DNA of 64,000 nucleotides, from NCBI GenBank assembly GCA_944386675.1, contig CALXBY010000007.1, positions 897 to 64,896 of the forward strand, in the 5' to 3' direction. Positions 1 through 10,990 of the stretch are shown piece by piece. How positions within the stretch are numbered: position 1 is the first letter of the stretch; every line of letters begins with the position of its first letter. The notes below the pieces were generated by a model, which saw only the letters and a program-made list of their open reading frames with translations, did no database searches and was not told where the DNA came from. The position numbers and the translations under genes were made by a program. This DNA comes from an uncultured Clostridia bacterium. GTDB lineage: Bacteria; Bacillota; Clostridia; TANB77; CAG-508.

Positions 1-513
1 TGGAATAGTCAAAGATATATTTTTGGAGGACCAATACCAGTCGGGTTTGCTTTTAAAAGACCATATGAAGGAGGACATGGAAATCAAAGTCAACATTATG
101 CAGGAGTAGCTTTTGATGTTGGGCAAACATTATCAGACGCAAGACGAAGAGTGCTTTGGAATAGTGCAAATAATTCAGGTGTTTGGACATATGTTGAACC
201 AATATCTTTAACTCCTACATGGGTACATTTTGATAAACGTTTTGGAAAACCTGCTTGTAGCACAGGAGGGTATCCTTTAATTAAAAGGGGAAGCTTAAGC
301 AATTATGTATTAATTGCACAAGATGATTTAAATACATTAGGATTTAGAACTAATGGATTAGATGGTATATTTGGATTAGCTACGCAAAATGCAGTAAGAG
401 AATACCAAAGAACAAGAGGCTTAGCAGTAGATGGAATCGTAGGGTGTAATACTTGGCGTTCACTTCAAGAAGAGGTCGTAGGAACAGGGGCAACAAGTAC
501 AACTATAAATTAA
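1..513 (+). CDS. Peptidase M15-like zinc D-Ala-D-Ala peptidase with C-terminal peptidoglycan-binding domain (5' truncated by window edge)
   Basis: Frame is open from base 1. It contains SQHYAGVAFD and WVHFD zinc-peptidase motifs and a PG_binding_1 signature (DGIFG..T..AVREYQRTRGLAVDGIVG..TW). Confidence 0.75.
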   Translation, partial: WNSQRYIFGGPIPVGFAFKRPYEGGHGNQSQHYAGVAFDVGQTLSDARRRVLWNSANNSGVWTYVEPISLTPTWVHFDKRFGKPACSTGGYPLIKRGSLSNYVLIAQDDLNTLGFRTNGLDGIFGLATQNAVREYQRTRGLAVDGIVGCNTWRSLQEEVVGTGATSTTIN

Positions 514-522
514 GTATAAATA

Positions 523-565
523 AGAAAAAGAAGCTTGGTATGTATAAAAATCCAAGCTTCTTTAC
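523..565. terminator. Bidirectional intrinsic terminator between convergent genes
   Basis: AAAGAAGCTTGG...CCAAGCTTCTTT stem with flanking A/T tracts. Confidence 0.7.
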
Positions 566-567
566 TT

Positions 568-948
568 TTAAGCGTTTTTATAATCATTACTTCTATTTTC
601 TTGCATTTTTACAAGTTGTGTTGCAAGTAAGTAAACAATTTCTTTATTATAGTTATTTAATTTCATGTAAGCCTCTAAAAATTTATCATCTACTAAATCA
701 TTTAAAGAGGAAGTGTCATTTCCGATTAAATCATCAAAAAGAAAATTAGAGCTGATATTAAGTGCTTTACAAAGATTAATAATTGTGGTAGCACTTCCAA
801 AAGCAATACCTCTTTCTAATTGGCTTATATATCTTGTTGATAAAGAAAGTTTTTCAGCTAATTTTTCTTGTGTATAGTTTGTTCTTGATCTGGCTAATTT
901 TATTTTTCTTCCAATATTTTTTCTTAAATATTTTTCATTACTATCCAT
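568..948 (-). CDS. XRE-family helix-turn-helix transcriptional regulator
   Basis: IGRKIKLAR...YTQEKLAEKLSLSTRYISQLERG HTH_3 pattern. Confidence 0.85.
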   Translation of the reverse strand: MDSNEKYLRKNIGRKIKLARSRTNYTQEKLAEKLSLSTRYISQLERGIAFGSATTIINLCKALNISSNFLFDDLIGNDTSSLNDLVDDKFLEAYMKLNNYNKEIVYLLATQLVKMQENRSNDYKNA

Positions 949-1150
949 AAACTTTCCTCCATATTAATTTGTACAAAAGTATATCAATTAGAAAACTAAA
1001 ATAGAACGAACTTATAATTAGATTGAAAATACGAACTAGAACAAATTATTCATAAAATTTTAACAAGTAAAAAATAAAAAAAGCAAAAAATATAAAAAAA
1101 TTTGAAAAAACTATTGCAAAATAAGAAAAGTTATATTAAAATCTAAGTGA

Positions 1151-1175
1151 AGTGGAGAGAAGTGGTACAAAGTGG
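1151..1175 (+). promoter_or_regulatory. MraZ-binding direct repeats (dcw boxes)
   Basis: AGTGG at 1151, 1161 and 1171 (10-bp period), just downstream of a TTGCAA...TAAAAT promoter-like sequence and upstream of mraZ. Confidence 0.75.
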
Positions 1176-1203
1176 TGAGAAAAGGAAATGAGGTGGAAGA
1201 CCA

Positions 1204-1629
1204 TTGCTAATTGGTGAATACGAGCATTCTCTAGACGTTAAAGGCAGATTAATTATGCCTGCAAAACTAAGACAAGATATGGGAGAGAAATTCATCGTAA
1301 CAAAAGGGTTAGATGGATGTCTATTTGCTTTTTCACAAGAAGAATGGGTGAATTTTGAAACAAAGCTAAAAGCTTTACCTCTTTCAGATAGAAATGCCAG
1401 AAACTTTGTAAGATTTTTCTTATCAGGAGCAACAGAATGTGAATTGGACAAGCAAGGAAGATTCCTAATACCAAACAATTTGAGAAATGCAGCAAACTTA
1501 GAAAAAGAAGTTGTTATAATTGGTGTAGGAACAAGATTAGAAATATGGGATAAAAACACATGGGAAAAATGTGATGAAAATATATCAGCAGACGAAATAG
1601 CACAAAATATGGCAGATTTAGGTATATAG
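1204..1629 (+). CDS. mraZ: Division/cell wall cluster repressor MraZ
   Basis: [19 protein letters not shown] and ELDKQGR motifs; TTG start after GAGGTG SD. Confidence 0.95.
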   Translation: MLIGEYEHSLDVKGRLIMPAKLRQDMGEKFIVTKGLDGCLFAFSQEEWVNFETKLKALPLSDRNARNFVRFFLSGATECELDKQGRFLIPNNLRNAANLEKEVVIIGVGTRLEIWDKNTWEKCDENISADEIAQNMADLGI

Positions 1630-1947
1630 CTTCAAAAAAGCTTATATAGACACAAAAGAAAAATATACAAAAGAAAAATTTTATAAAATAACAAAAGATA
1701 AGTAAAAAAGAAAACAAAAGATAAAAATACAAAAGCTTTAAAAAATACAAAAGATAAATTTTTTAAAGTACAAAGGCATTTAGAATACAAGAAGAAAATA
1801 TAAGACACAAAAGTTAATTTAAACAAAAGAATTTGTTAAGACAATTTGAAACCCAAAAGAAAAACATACAATATAAAAGATAAAGACAACTGGTAGTTTT
1901 CTAATTACCAGTTGTTTAAGCATAATTAAATGTTAAGAGGTGTAAAA

Positions 1948-2877
1948 TTGAAATTTGAACATAAGCCAGTCATGCTTCATGAATGTATAGAAGGACTAAA
2001 TATAAATCCAGATGGAATTTATGTAGATGGCACAATGGGTGGAGCAGGACATAGCATAGAAATTTTAAAAAGATTATCTAATAAAGGAATGCTAATTGGA
2101 ATAGACAGAGATGCAGAAGCATTAGAAGCGGCAAAAACAAGATTATCTGAATATAAGAATGTAAAATATATACATGACAATCATGATAATATAAAAGAAA
2201 TATTAAATTCATTGAAAATAGATAAAGTAGATGGAATTTTATTGGATTTAGGTGTTTCTTCTTATCAATTAGATGAAAGAAACAGAGGATTTAGCTACTT
2301 AGGCGAAAATGAATTAGATATGAGAATGGATAAAAGTCAAGAATTAACAGCAAAAAGAGTCGTAAACTATTATCAAGAAAAAGAATTAGCAAATCTTATC
2401 TATGAATATGGTGAAGAAAGATATTCAAGACAAATTGCAAGAAATATATGTAATTATAGAAAAGAAAAAACAATCAATACAACAAAAGAATTGGTAGAAA
2501 TCATTGAAAAATCAATACCAAAATCAAAACAAAATGATGGACACCCAGCAAAAAGAACATTTCAAGCAATTAGAATAGAAGTAAATAATGAAATAAAACC
2601 ATTATATCAGACGGTTAAAGATTGTATAGATTGTTTAAAACCACAAGGAAGATTATGTATTATTACATTCCATTCATTAGAAGATAGAGCAGTTAAAAAT
2701 GCTTATATAGAAGCAAAAGGAAAATGTACATGTCCAAGTGATTTACCATACTGTGTATGTGGAGCAAAAACTTTAGGGAAAATTATTAATAAAAAACCAA
2801 TTGTAGCAACAAAAGAGGAGCAAGAAGAAAATTCTAGAAGTAAAAGTGCAAAACTTAGAATTTTTGAGAAAATATAA
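1948..2877 (+). CDS. rsmH: 16S rRNA m4C1402 methyltransferase RsmH (MraW)
   Basis: [41 protein letters not shown] and ITFHSLEDR motifs; TTG start at 1948 after GAGGTG. Confidence 0.95.
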   Translation: MKFEHKPVMLHECIEGLNINPDGIYVDGTMGGAGHSIEILKRLSNKGMLIGIDRDAEALEAAKTRLSEYKNVKYIHDNHDNIKEILNSLKIDKVDGILLDLGVSSYQLDERNRGFSYLGENELDMRMDKSQELTAKRVVNYYQEKELANLIYEYGEERYSRQIARNICNYRKEKTINTTKELVEIIEKSIPKSKQNDGHPAKRTFQAIRIEVNNEIKPLYQTVKDCIDCLKPQGRLCIITFHSLEDRAVKNAYIEAKGKCTCPSDLPYCVCGAKTLGKIINKKPIVATKEEQEENSRSKSAKLRIFEKI

Positions 2878-2905
2878 ACCAAAGCCAAGGGGAGGTGAAT
2901 AACTT

Positions 2906-3403
2906 ATGGGAGCTAGATATCAATATGAAACTAGTCCTAGAAAACTAGAACCTAATGATAGAAGAGAAAAGAAAAGACAAAATATAAAAGTGGTAAAAGA
3001 CTTACCTAAACAAGATGTACAAATATCAAAAGAGCAAAAAATGAAACACAGAAAAGCAACTTTATTAGTTCTTGCCATATTTGCAGTTTTACTTACCATA
3101 AGTTATAGAAACACCCAAATAAATGAACGCTTTAATGAAATGCAAGATTTAAAAACACAGTTAGCATCATTACAAAAAGAAAATGAACAATTACAAGTAA
3201 GTATTGAAAATAGTTTGAACTTTAGTAATATAGAAAAGCAAGCAAAAGAAAAACTAGGAATGCAGAAATTAACGAATAAACAAACAGTATATGTAAGTTT
3301 ACCTAAAAAAGATTATATAGAATCAGCAACAGAAAAAGTTCAAATTAGTGAAGATAATCAAAATTGGTTTGAAAAAATTGTAGATAGAATTTTTAATAGA
3401 TAA
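2906..3403 (+). CDS. ftsL: FtsL-like septum formation protein
   Basis: Single TM plus coiled coil, IEKQAKEKLGM motif, located between rsmH and a PBP gene. Confidence 0.75.
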   Translation: MGARYQYETSPRKLEPNDRREKKRQNIKVVKDLPKQDVQISKEQKMKHRKATLLVLAIFAVLLTISYRNTQINERFNEMQDLKTQLASLQKENEQLQVSIENSLNFSNIEKQAKEKLGMQKLTNKQTVYVSLPKKDYIESATEKVQISEDNQNWFEKIVDRIFNR

Positions 3404-3439
3404 TTGTAAAAAAGACAGTTATCTATTTTTTTGTATAGG

Positions 3440-3482
3440 CATAAAACAAAACACCTCTAATACATATTATTAGAGGTGTTTT
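3440..3482 (+). promoter_or_regulatory. Putative SigE-type promoter overlapping a hairpin that masks the spoVD RBS
   Basis: CATA...CATATTAT promoter-like elements. The stem AAAACACCTCTAATA/TATTAGAGGTGTTTT contains the GAGGTG SD. Confidence 0.5.
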
Positions 3483-3483
3483 T

Positions 3484-5475
3484 ATGAATGAAATTAAATT
3501 AACGAGCAAGAAAAAAATGAGAAATGTATTATTTATATCTTTTTTAATTATTATATGTTTGATTGTAAGAATTGGATACATTCAGTTGGTCCAAGGAAAA
3601 GAATTATCCCAGTTGGCCTATCAGCAACAAACTTTAGACAGAAAAATAAATCCGAAAAGAGGAACAATTTATGATGCAACAGGTAAAAATATATTAGCGA
3701 TTAGTAGTACAGTAGAAACAGTTACAGTAAATCCGGGAAATATTTCTACTGAAAATAAAGAAAAAGTGGCAAGGGCTTTGTCAGATATATTTGAACTGGA
3801 TTATGAAACTGTATTAAAAAAAGTCAAAAAAGGAAGTTCAATTGAAACAATTGTAAAAAAAGTAGATAAAGAAAAGACAGATGAACTTAGAAAATGGATG
3901 GAAGAAAGTAATATTACAAGTGGTATCAATATTGATGAGGATACAAAAAGATATTATCCTTATAATAATGTAGCATCACAAATTATAGGATTTTGTGGAA
4001 GTGATAATCAAGGATTGGATGGAATAGAAGCAAAATATGAAGAGGAATTAAAAGGAAAACAAGGTGCAATACAAAAACATACAGATGCTAAAGGAGGAGA
4101 AATAGGAGAAGAAGGAGAAAATTATATATCAGCAATAGATGGAAATGATTTAGTGTTAACAATTGATTTAAGCATACAATCGATTGTTGAAAAATATTTG
4201 GAAGAAGCATGTATTGACAATGTTTGTACAGATGGTGGCAGTATTATTGTTATGAATCCACAAAATGGAGATATTTTAGCTATGGCAAATTATCCAAGCT
4301 ATAATTTAAATGAGCCATATGAACCATATACAGATGAACTAAAATCAACTTGGGATTCTTTAGAACAATCCGAAAAAACAACTAATTTACAAGCTGTTTG
4401 GAGAAATAAAGCAATTGCAGATACCTATGAGCCAGGTTCTGTATTTAAATTAATTACAGCATCAGCAGCCTTAGAAGAAGGCATAACAGACACAGATAAT
4501 GAAGGAGAATTTTCATGTACAGGAGGAATTGAAGTAGCAGGTGTTAGAATAAAGTGTTGGAGATATTATAGGCCACATGGTTCGGAAAGCTTAAGGCAGG
4601 CTTTAATGAATTCTTGTAATCCAGTGTTTATTGGATTAGGACAAAAAATGGGAGTTACAAAATATTATGAATATTTAGAAAAATTTAGATTATTAGAGAA
4701 AACAGGAATTGACTTACCAGGAGAAGCAGGAAGTATATTTTTAGCAAAAGAAAAGGCAGGACCTGTAGAATTGGCAACAATTAGTTTTGGGCAAAGATTT
4801 GAAATTACACCAATACAGTTAGTAACAGCTGTTTCAAGTATTGCAAATGGGGGAACTAGTATAAAACCAAGAGTTGTAAAACAAATTATTAATAGCGAAA
4901 CAAAAGAAGTAACAGAGATTCCTGTTGAGGAAAATGGAACGGTTATTTCAAAAGAAACTTCTGAAAAAGTATTAAGTATGATGGAAAGTGTTGTGTCGGA
5001 AGGAACAGGAAAAAATGCAAAAGTAGCAGGCTATCGAATAGGGGGAAAAACAGGGACATCAGAAGATGGGGTCAATACTAATAAATATGTAACATCTTTT
5101 TGTGGAGTGGCACCTATTGACAATCCTCAAGTAGTTGTACTAGTTACTTTATATAATCCAACAGGGGAAGGAGGACATCAAGGAGGTGGTGTAGCAGCTC
5201 CAGTAGGAGGACAGATATTTAGTGAAATATTGCCATATTTAGAAGTAAATAAGCAAGTTTTGGAAGAAGATAATGAAGAAGCAATTGAACAAATTCAAGT
5301 ACCAGATGTTATGGGAAAATCTTTGAAAGAGGCCAAACAAATTTTAAAAGAAAGCAATCTAGAAATGTATTTAGAAACTGAAGAAGTAGATATGGAGAAT
5401 ACATATGTAAAAAATCAAATTCCAAGTAGTGGAATTACGGTAAATGAGAATAGTAAAGTAATCGTAGAATATTAG
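3484..5475 (+). CDS. spoVD: Class B penicillin-binding protein (SpoVD/FtsI family) with PASTA domain
   Basis: RGTIYD, RYYP, YEPGSVFK (SxxK), SCN (SxN) and KTGT motifs; C-terminal PASTA; dcw position. Confidence 0.8.
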   Translation: MNEIKLTSKKKMRNVLFISFLIIICLIVRIGYIQLVQGKELSQLAYQQQTLDRKINPKRGTIYDATGKNILAISSTVETVTVNPGNISTENKEKVARALSDIFELDYETVLKKVKKGSSIETIVKKVDKEKTDELRKWMEESNITSGINIDEDTKRYYPYNNVASQIIGFCGSDNQGLDGIEAKYEEELKGKQGAIQKHTDAKGGEIGEEGENYISAIDGNDLVLTIDLSIQSIVEKYLEEACIDNVCTDGGSIIVMNPQNGDILAMANYPSYNLNEPYEPYTDELKSTWDSLEQSEKTTNLQAVWRNKAIADTYEPGSVFKLITASAALEEGITDTDNEGEFSCTGGIEVAGVRIKCWRYYRPHGSESLRQALMNSCNPVFIGLGQKMGVTKYYEYLEKFRLLEKTGIDLPGEAGSIFLAKEKAGPVELATISFGQRFEITPIQLVTAVSSIANGGTSIKPRVVKQIINSETKEVTEIPVEENGTVISKETSEKVLSMMESVVSEGTGKNAKVAGYRIGGKTGTSEDGVNTNKYVTSFCGVAPIDNPQVVVLVTLYNPTGEGGHQGGGVAAPVGGQIFSEILPYLEVNKQVLEEDNEEAIEQIQVPDVMGKSLKEAKQILKESNLEMYLETEEVDMENTYVKNQIPSSGITVNENSKVIVEY

Positions 5476-5549
5476 ATGATTTGGAAAAAAAGATAGGATA
5501 ATGTTGACAGTAGCATTTTGTTAAGGTAAACTAGAAGTATAAAGGGGGA

Positions 5550-6879
5550 GTGAAAATGAAAAAGAAAATTGTACTATTAGTCATACTAATTATTTTATTA
5601 TTAGCAGGAGGTATTGCATACGCATATTATGCAACAGATTTATTTAAAACAGATAAAGAAATGTTTTTTTCATACTTGATAGATGAAAAAACAGGAACAG
5701 AATTCAATCAAGAAAAATTGATAGAATATTATGCAAAACAAGCAAGTACACCATATGAAAGTAATGGAGAAATTTCATTTGACACAACAGGAATGAGTCA
5801 ATCACAAGGACTAACCGAAGCTAAAATTGCTTTTGAAGGTAAAACTGTAAATTCACGGAAAAGCATTTGAACAAGAAATAACATTAGACTTATCACAAGG
5901 ATATACAGTTCCAATTAATCTAAAAAGAGATGGAGATACTGTTGGAGTGCAAGCAGATATTTTAGGGGAAGATAGATATATTGCAATAAGAAATGAAAAC
6001 TTAAAAGAATTAGCGCAAAGGTTTGGGCTAGATACAGAATATATACCAGACAAAATAGAATATAGTGCATTTACAGAAGAAGAGCTAAAACAACTAGGAG
6101 ATAAATATTATCAATTTTTTGATGAGAAATTAACAGATGATATGTTTAGTAAGGAAAAAGAAGATAAGCAGACAGTTGTAAAACTAAATATGTCAGCAGA
6201 ACAATTCACAAATATATTTACAGAATTATTAAATACAATTAATGAAGATGAAATTATAAATAGCAAATTGCCAGAAATATATATGGAAGCTTTACAAAAT
6301 GCTACACAAGAATTAGAAGATGAATTAGAATCAGAAAATTATTCTAGTGAAGACAGATTTGAGATGAAAATATATGTTGAAAAAAGACAGGCAAAGAAAT
6401 TGGAAATAAATTTCTTAGAGAAAGATAAAACTAATATGAGTATGGTAGAAGAATTTGCAGATACTAGTATTTCTTTAAAATGTTATACAGAAGAAGAAAT
6501 GGTATTAGAAGAAACAATTTCAATACAAGAAAATGAAAATGATGTAACATATGTGATTAATTGTAAAGAATATGAAGGCACGGATGAAGAACTATCTGAA
6601 ATAAATATAGAATTAACATATAAAAACTTAATGCAATTAGACAATGTACAAGAAGAATTCAATATAGAGATGAAACAAAATAATTCAAATAGTTATTACT
6701 ATGATGATTATGAAGATGAAAGTACAATTAATATAAAGTATACAAATCAAAAGACATTTTTACAAAATTTAGAACTAAATGGTTTAGATGAAACAAATGC
6801 AGTTATTCTAAATGATGCAACAGATGAAGAAATACAAAACGTATTTTATAATATATATGAATCATTAGGATTAATGTAA
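5550..6879 (+). CDS. Membrane-anchored/secreted acidic hypothetical protein, interrupted by +1 frameshift at CGG 5856
   Basis: ORF 5550-5870 has an N-terminal TM segment. The +1 frame is open from GGA 5857 to 6879, giving ...KTVNS[c]GKAFEQEITLD.... Confidence 0.65.
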
Positions 6880-6896
6880 TAAAGCAATAAAAACGA

Positions 6897-6942
6897 TAAG
6901 GATAAACGAGATTTATATCTGTTTATCCTTAATTTTTTTTTT
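6897..6942 (+). terminator. Intrinsic terminator
   Basis: TAAGGATAAAC...GTTTATCCTTA stem followed by a T tract. Confidence 0.65.
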
Positions 6943-7048
6943 GAAAGTAAAAATACAAAAACTCTATACAAAAAATAATTTTCGTTATATAATATGAAGG
7001 ATTAAATGCAATAATTTGCATATAATTAAGTATTAGTAATCGAAAGGA

Positions 7049-8560
7049 TTGAAAAAAATGAAATTAAAAAGTATGTTAGTAGGATTAGAAAACCTAAAAG
7101 TAAAAGGAAATTTAGATATTGAGATATCTGGGATTGAAAGCAATTCAAAAAATGTAAAAGAAGGATATTTGTTTGTAGCAATACAAGGCTTTTCAACAGA
7201 TGGACATCAATATGTAGAAAATGCAATTAAAAATGGAGCAATTGCAATTATGATACAAGAAGGCTGTAATGTAAAAGAAATGAAAATACCAGATAATGTA
7301 ACAGTTGTAATGGCAAAAGATACAAGGGAAGGATTAGCAATTGTGTCAGACAATTTTTATGACCATCCTTCAAGAAAGTTCAAATTAATTGGTGTTACAG
7401 GTACAAAAGGAAAAACAACAACAACTTTCATGATTAAAGAAATATTAGAAAAAGCAGGAAAAAAAGTTGGATTAATTGGAACAATAGCAATTTATATTAA
7501 TGGAAAGAAAATAAAAGATAGTGATAGAACAACACCAGAAAGCTTAGAGTTACAACAAATTTTTGCGCAAATGGTAAAAGAAGGCGTAGAAGTCGTTGTT
7601 ATGGAAGTTTCTTCACAAAGTTTAAAACTAAAAAGAGTAGAAGGATGTCAATTTGATATTGTCTTATTTACAAATTTTTCAGAAGATCATATCAGTCCAA
7701 AAGAGCATCCAGATATGCAAGACTATTTCCAGTCAAAATTAAAATTATTTGAAATGTGCAAAACAGGAATTGTTAATGCAGATGATTTGCATGGAGCAAA
7801 AATACCAAGATTATTTCCAGAAAGTAATATAACTACCTATGGAATTGATAATTATGCAAATGTTTTAGCAAAAGATATTACGATAACAAATTCATATGTA
7901 GATTTCAGAGTAAAAATAAAAGATAAAAATGAAAGAGTAAAAACAGGAATACCTGGAAGATTTAGTGTATATAATTCATTAGCAGCAATTTGTGTTGCAC
8001 AAAAATTTGGAATTGAACCTGAAAAAGTAAAAGAGGCTTTATCAGAGGTAAGAGTACCTGGAAGATCAGAATTAGTAGATAATAAAAGAGAAATACCAAT
8101 TATGATAGATTATGCACACTCACCAGAAAGTTTAGAAAATATCTTACAAGCAACTAAGAGTTATACTAGAGGAAAAGTTATATCTGTATTTGGTTGTGGA
8201 GGAGATAGAGATGCTAAGAAAAGACCAATTATGGGAGAAATATCAGGAAGAATTGCAGATTTCACAATTATTACTTCTGATAATCCAAGAACAGAAGACC
8301 CTCAAAAAATTGTAGAACAAATTGAAGAAGGTATGAAAAAAACAAATGGAAAATATATGGTAGTGGTAGATAGAGTGGAAGCTATAAAGATGGCAATAAA
8401 AATGGCAACAAAGAGAGATATTGTTATTTTAGCAGGAAAAGGACATGAACCATATCAAGAAATTAATGGAGAAAAATATCCATTTGATGAAAGAATCATT
8501 GTCAGAGAAATTATTGAAGAATTAGATAATGAAGAAAAAAATAAAAAGCAAAAAAAATAA
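7049..8560 (+). CDS. murE: UDP-MurNAc-dipeptide:meso-DAP ligase MurE
   Basis: GVTGTKGKTTT, MEVSSQ, DYAHSP, FGCGGDRD, DNPR (DAP-specific) and AGKGHE motifs. Confidence 0.95.
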   Translation: MKKMKLKSMLVGLENLKVKGNLDIEISGIESNSKNVKEGYLFVAIQGFSTDGHQYVENAIKNGAIAIMIQEGCNVKEMKIPDNVTVVMAKDTREGLAIVSDNFYDHPSRKFKLIGVTGTKGKTTTTFMIKEILEKAGKKVGLIGTIAIYINGKKIKDSDRTTPESLELQQIFAQMVKEGVEVVVMEVSSQSLKLKRVEGCQFDIVLFTNFSEDHISPKEHPDMQDYFQSKLKLFEMCKTGIVNADDLHGAKIPRLFPESNITTYGIDNYANVLAKDITITNSYVDFRVKIKDKNERVKTGIPGRFSVYNSLAAICVAQKFGIEPEKVKEALSEVRVPGRSELVDNKREIPIMIDYAHSPESLENILQATKSYTRGKVISVFGCGGDRDAKKRPIMGEISGRIADFTIITSDNPRTEDPQKIVEQIEEGMKKTNGKYMVVVDRVEAIKMAIKMATKRDIVILAGKGHEPYQEINGEKYPFDERIIVREIIEELDNEEKNKKQKK

Positions 8561-8578
8561 AAACAAAAGAAAGGTTGG

Positions 8579-9565
8579 ATGAAATTGATATTTGAGGCAA
8601 AGGTATTAATCATCTCATTTATAACAGCCATTATTTTGGGATTGATTATTATACCAATACTAAAAAAATTAAAAGTAGGGCAAATTGAAAGAGATGATGG
8701 ACCACAATCACATTTGAAAAAACAGGGAACACCAACAATGGGAGGAATCATTATTATTCTTGCAATGATACTTGTGGTGACAGGGACATATATCTTTTTA
8801 TCAATGAATAACGAAAAAGAATTGGCAAATAAAATATTACCAATATTATTATTAACAATTGGATTTGGATTAATTGGATTTATAGACGATTTTAAAAAAT
8901 TAGTGTTAAAAAACACAGAAGGACTAAAACCTAGCTATAAAATGATAGGATTGTTAATTATTTCAGTAGCATATGTAGTTTATCTTGTATATGGACTACA
9001 TATTGGAACAGAAACATATATACCAATTGTAAAGACATATATAGATTTTCCGATGTTTATATACATACCATTTGCAATTATTGTTATATTAGGAGCAACA
9101 AATGCGGTAAATTTAACAGATGGAATTGATGGTTTATCATCTAGTGTTTGTGCAATTATTGTTACTTGTTTAGCCATTATTGGGATTAGTTTACAAGTCT
9201 ATGAAGTATCTATATTCGCAAGCATTGTTATAGGTGCAGTTTTAGGATTTTTAATGTTTAATATTCACCCAGCAAAAGTATTCATGGGAGATACAGGGTC
9301 TCTTATGTTAGGAGGCGTTATTTCAGGATTAGCATTATATTTGAAAATGCCATTGTTGTTATTGGTTATTGCATTAGTACCTGTATTAGAAACAATATCT
9401 GTTATGATACAAGTAGTATATTTTAAAAAAACAGGAAAACGTTTTTTCAAGATGGCACCATTACACCATCATTTTGAGCTATCAGGATGGAAAGAAAACA
9501 AAGTAGTTATTGTGTTTAGTTTAGTAACATTAGTATTATGTGCCATAGGACTAAAGATAATATAA
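8579..9565 (+). CDS. mraY: Phospho-MurNAc-pentapeptide transferase MraY
   Basis: KQGTPTMGG, NAVNLTDGIDGL, FMGDTGS and MAPLHHHFE motifs. Confidence 0.97.
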   Translation: MKLIFEAKVLIISFITAIILGLIIIPILKKLKVGQIERDDGPQSHLKKQGTPTMGGIIIILAMILVVTGTYIFLSMNNEKELANKILPILLLTIGFGLIGFIDDFKKLVLKNTEGLKPSYKMIGLLIISVAYVVYLVYGLHIGTETYIPIVKTYIDFPMFIYIPFAIIVILGATNAVNLTDGIDGLSSSVCAIIVTCLAIIGISLQVYEVSIFASIVIGAVLGFLMFNIHPAKVFMGDTGSLMLGGVISGLALYLKMPLLLLVIALVPVLETISVMIQVVYFKKTGKRFFKMAPLHHHFELSGWKENKVVIVFSLVTLVLCAIGLKII

Positions 9566-9700
9566 GGAAAGACAATAAGAAAAGCATGTATTACGAAATC
9601 AAAGATTTCTATGCAAACATGAAAAGGACAAAAGAAAAGGTTGAAAAAATTGATTCTTTTCCAACCAGATTTGTGTCTTGAGAAAGGAATGATAAAAAGA

Positions 9701-10834
9701 ATGGCAAAAAAGAAAGGAAAGAGTTTTTCAAGCTTTCTAAAAAACCCAATTGATTTTACATTATTGATAACGATATTATTATTATTATCAATAGGATTAA
9801 TCATGGTACTTTCAGCAAGTTCACCATCAGCGCTTTCTGAAAGTGGAAATAGTTATGCATATTTTTTTAAACAATTCATTTTTGCAATAGCAGGACTATT
9901 TATGATGTGGGTAATATCTAATATTGATTATCGATTTTATCAAAAATATTATAAGTTAGCATATATTGTTGCATTTATATTATTATTAGCAGTACCTTTT
10001 ATAGGAAGAACAGTTAATGGTGCAAAAAGATGGATTTATGTAACAGATACATTATCTGTACAACCATCCGAATTTGCTAAAATATTAATGATTATATTTT
10101 ATGCAGCAATATTAGTAAAAAATAGGGATGAATTAGATAAATATGGAAAAGGATTTATAAAACATATAGTATTATTAGCACCAATTATTGCATTATTATT
10201 GATAGAACCCCATTTTAGTGCATCAATGGTTATTATAGGAATTATAGCAATTATGATGATTATTGCAGGCTGTAAATTTTGGCATTTTCTTGTAACAGGT
10301 GCGGTTGTGGGAGTACCTGGGATTGTTGCATTAATCTTTTTAGAACCATACAGATTACAAAGAGTTATGACTTTCTTAAATCCATGGAGTGATCCAACAG
10401 GTGATGGATGGCAAGTTATACAAAGTTTATATGCCATTGGTTCAGGTGGATTATTTGGAGCAGGACTTGGAGAAAGTAAACAAAAATATTTATATATTCC
10501 AGAGCCACATAATGATTTTATATTTTCTATATTAGGTGAGGAATTAGGATTTATTGGATGTGCGATTGTCATTATATTATTTGGAATTTTTATCTGGAGA
10601 GGCATTTTGATTGCCATGAGGTCACCAGATATGTTTGGAAGCCTAATTGCAATAGGAATAACAGCACAAGTAGCAATACAAGTGATTATAAACATAGCAG
10701 TTGTAACATCATCAATGCCAGCAACAGGAATGCCATTACCATTTTTTAGCTATGGAGGTACATCATTATTTATATTGCTCTGCGAGATGGGAATACTCCT
10801 AAATATTTCAAAAGCAGGAGCAAAAAGAGAATAA
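9701..10834 (+). CDS. ftsW: SEDS peptidoglycan polymerase FtsW/SpoVE
   Basis: GAKRW, QPSEFAK, PEPHNDFIF, GEELG and LPFFSYGGTS motifs; start at 9701 or 9689. Confidence 0.9.
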   Translation: MAKKKGKSFSSFLKNPIDFTLLITILLLLSIGLIMVLSASSPSALSESGNSYAYFFKQFIFAIAGLFMMWVISNIDYRFYQKYYKLAYIVAFILLLAVPFIGRTVNGAKRWIYVTDTLSVQPSEFAKILMIIFYAAILVKNRDELDKYGKGFIKHIVLLAPIIALLLIEPHFSASMVIIGIIAIMMIIAGCKFWHFLVTGAVVGVPGIVALIFLEPYRLQRVMTFLNPWSDPTGDGWQVIQSLYAIGSGGLFGAGLGESKQKYLYIPEPHNDFIFSILGEELGFIGCAIVIILFGIFIWRGILIAMRSPDMFGSLIAIGITAQVAIQVIINIAVVTSSMPATGMPLPFFSYGGTSLFILLCEMGILLNISKAGAKRE

Positions 10835-10845
10835 AATTACCAAAG

Positions 10846-10964
10846 GTTGCCAGAGGGGACGGGTCATTTTGGCAACTTAAAAAAATAAGTGAAATAAGTG
10901 AAAATTTTTATGAAATGTAAATTTACAAAAAAAGTTGCCAAAATGACCCGTCCCCTCTGGCAAC
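10846..10964. repeat. REPIN-like inverted doublet of a 31-bp palindromic REP
   Basis: GTTGCCAGAGGGGACGGGTCATTTTGGCAAC (10846-10876) and its exact reverse complement (10934-10964), separated by 57 bp. Confidence 0.9.
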
Positions 10965-10990
10965 TAATCAAATTGAGGAAGGAAAAATAA

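Noticed and set aside
3760-4580. AGG as an additional shift-prone codon
   Set aside because: In-frame AGG occurs in intact genes (e.g. GCA-AGG-GCT and TAT-AGG-CCA in spoVD) without frame disruption.
9593-9610. ACGAAATCAAAGAT shared with ~58664
   Set aside because: Only a 14-bp match in AT-rich DNA, too short to call an element.
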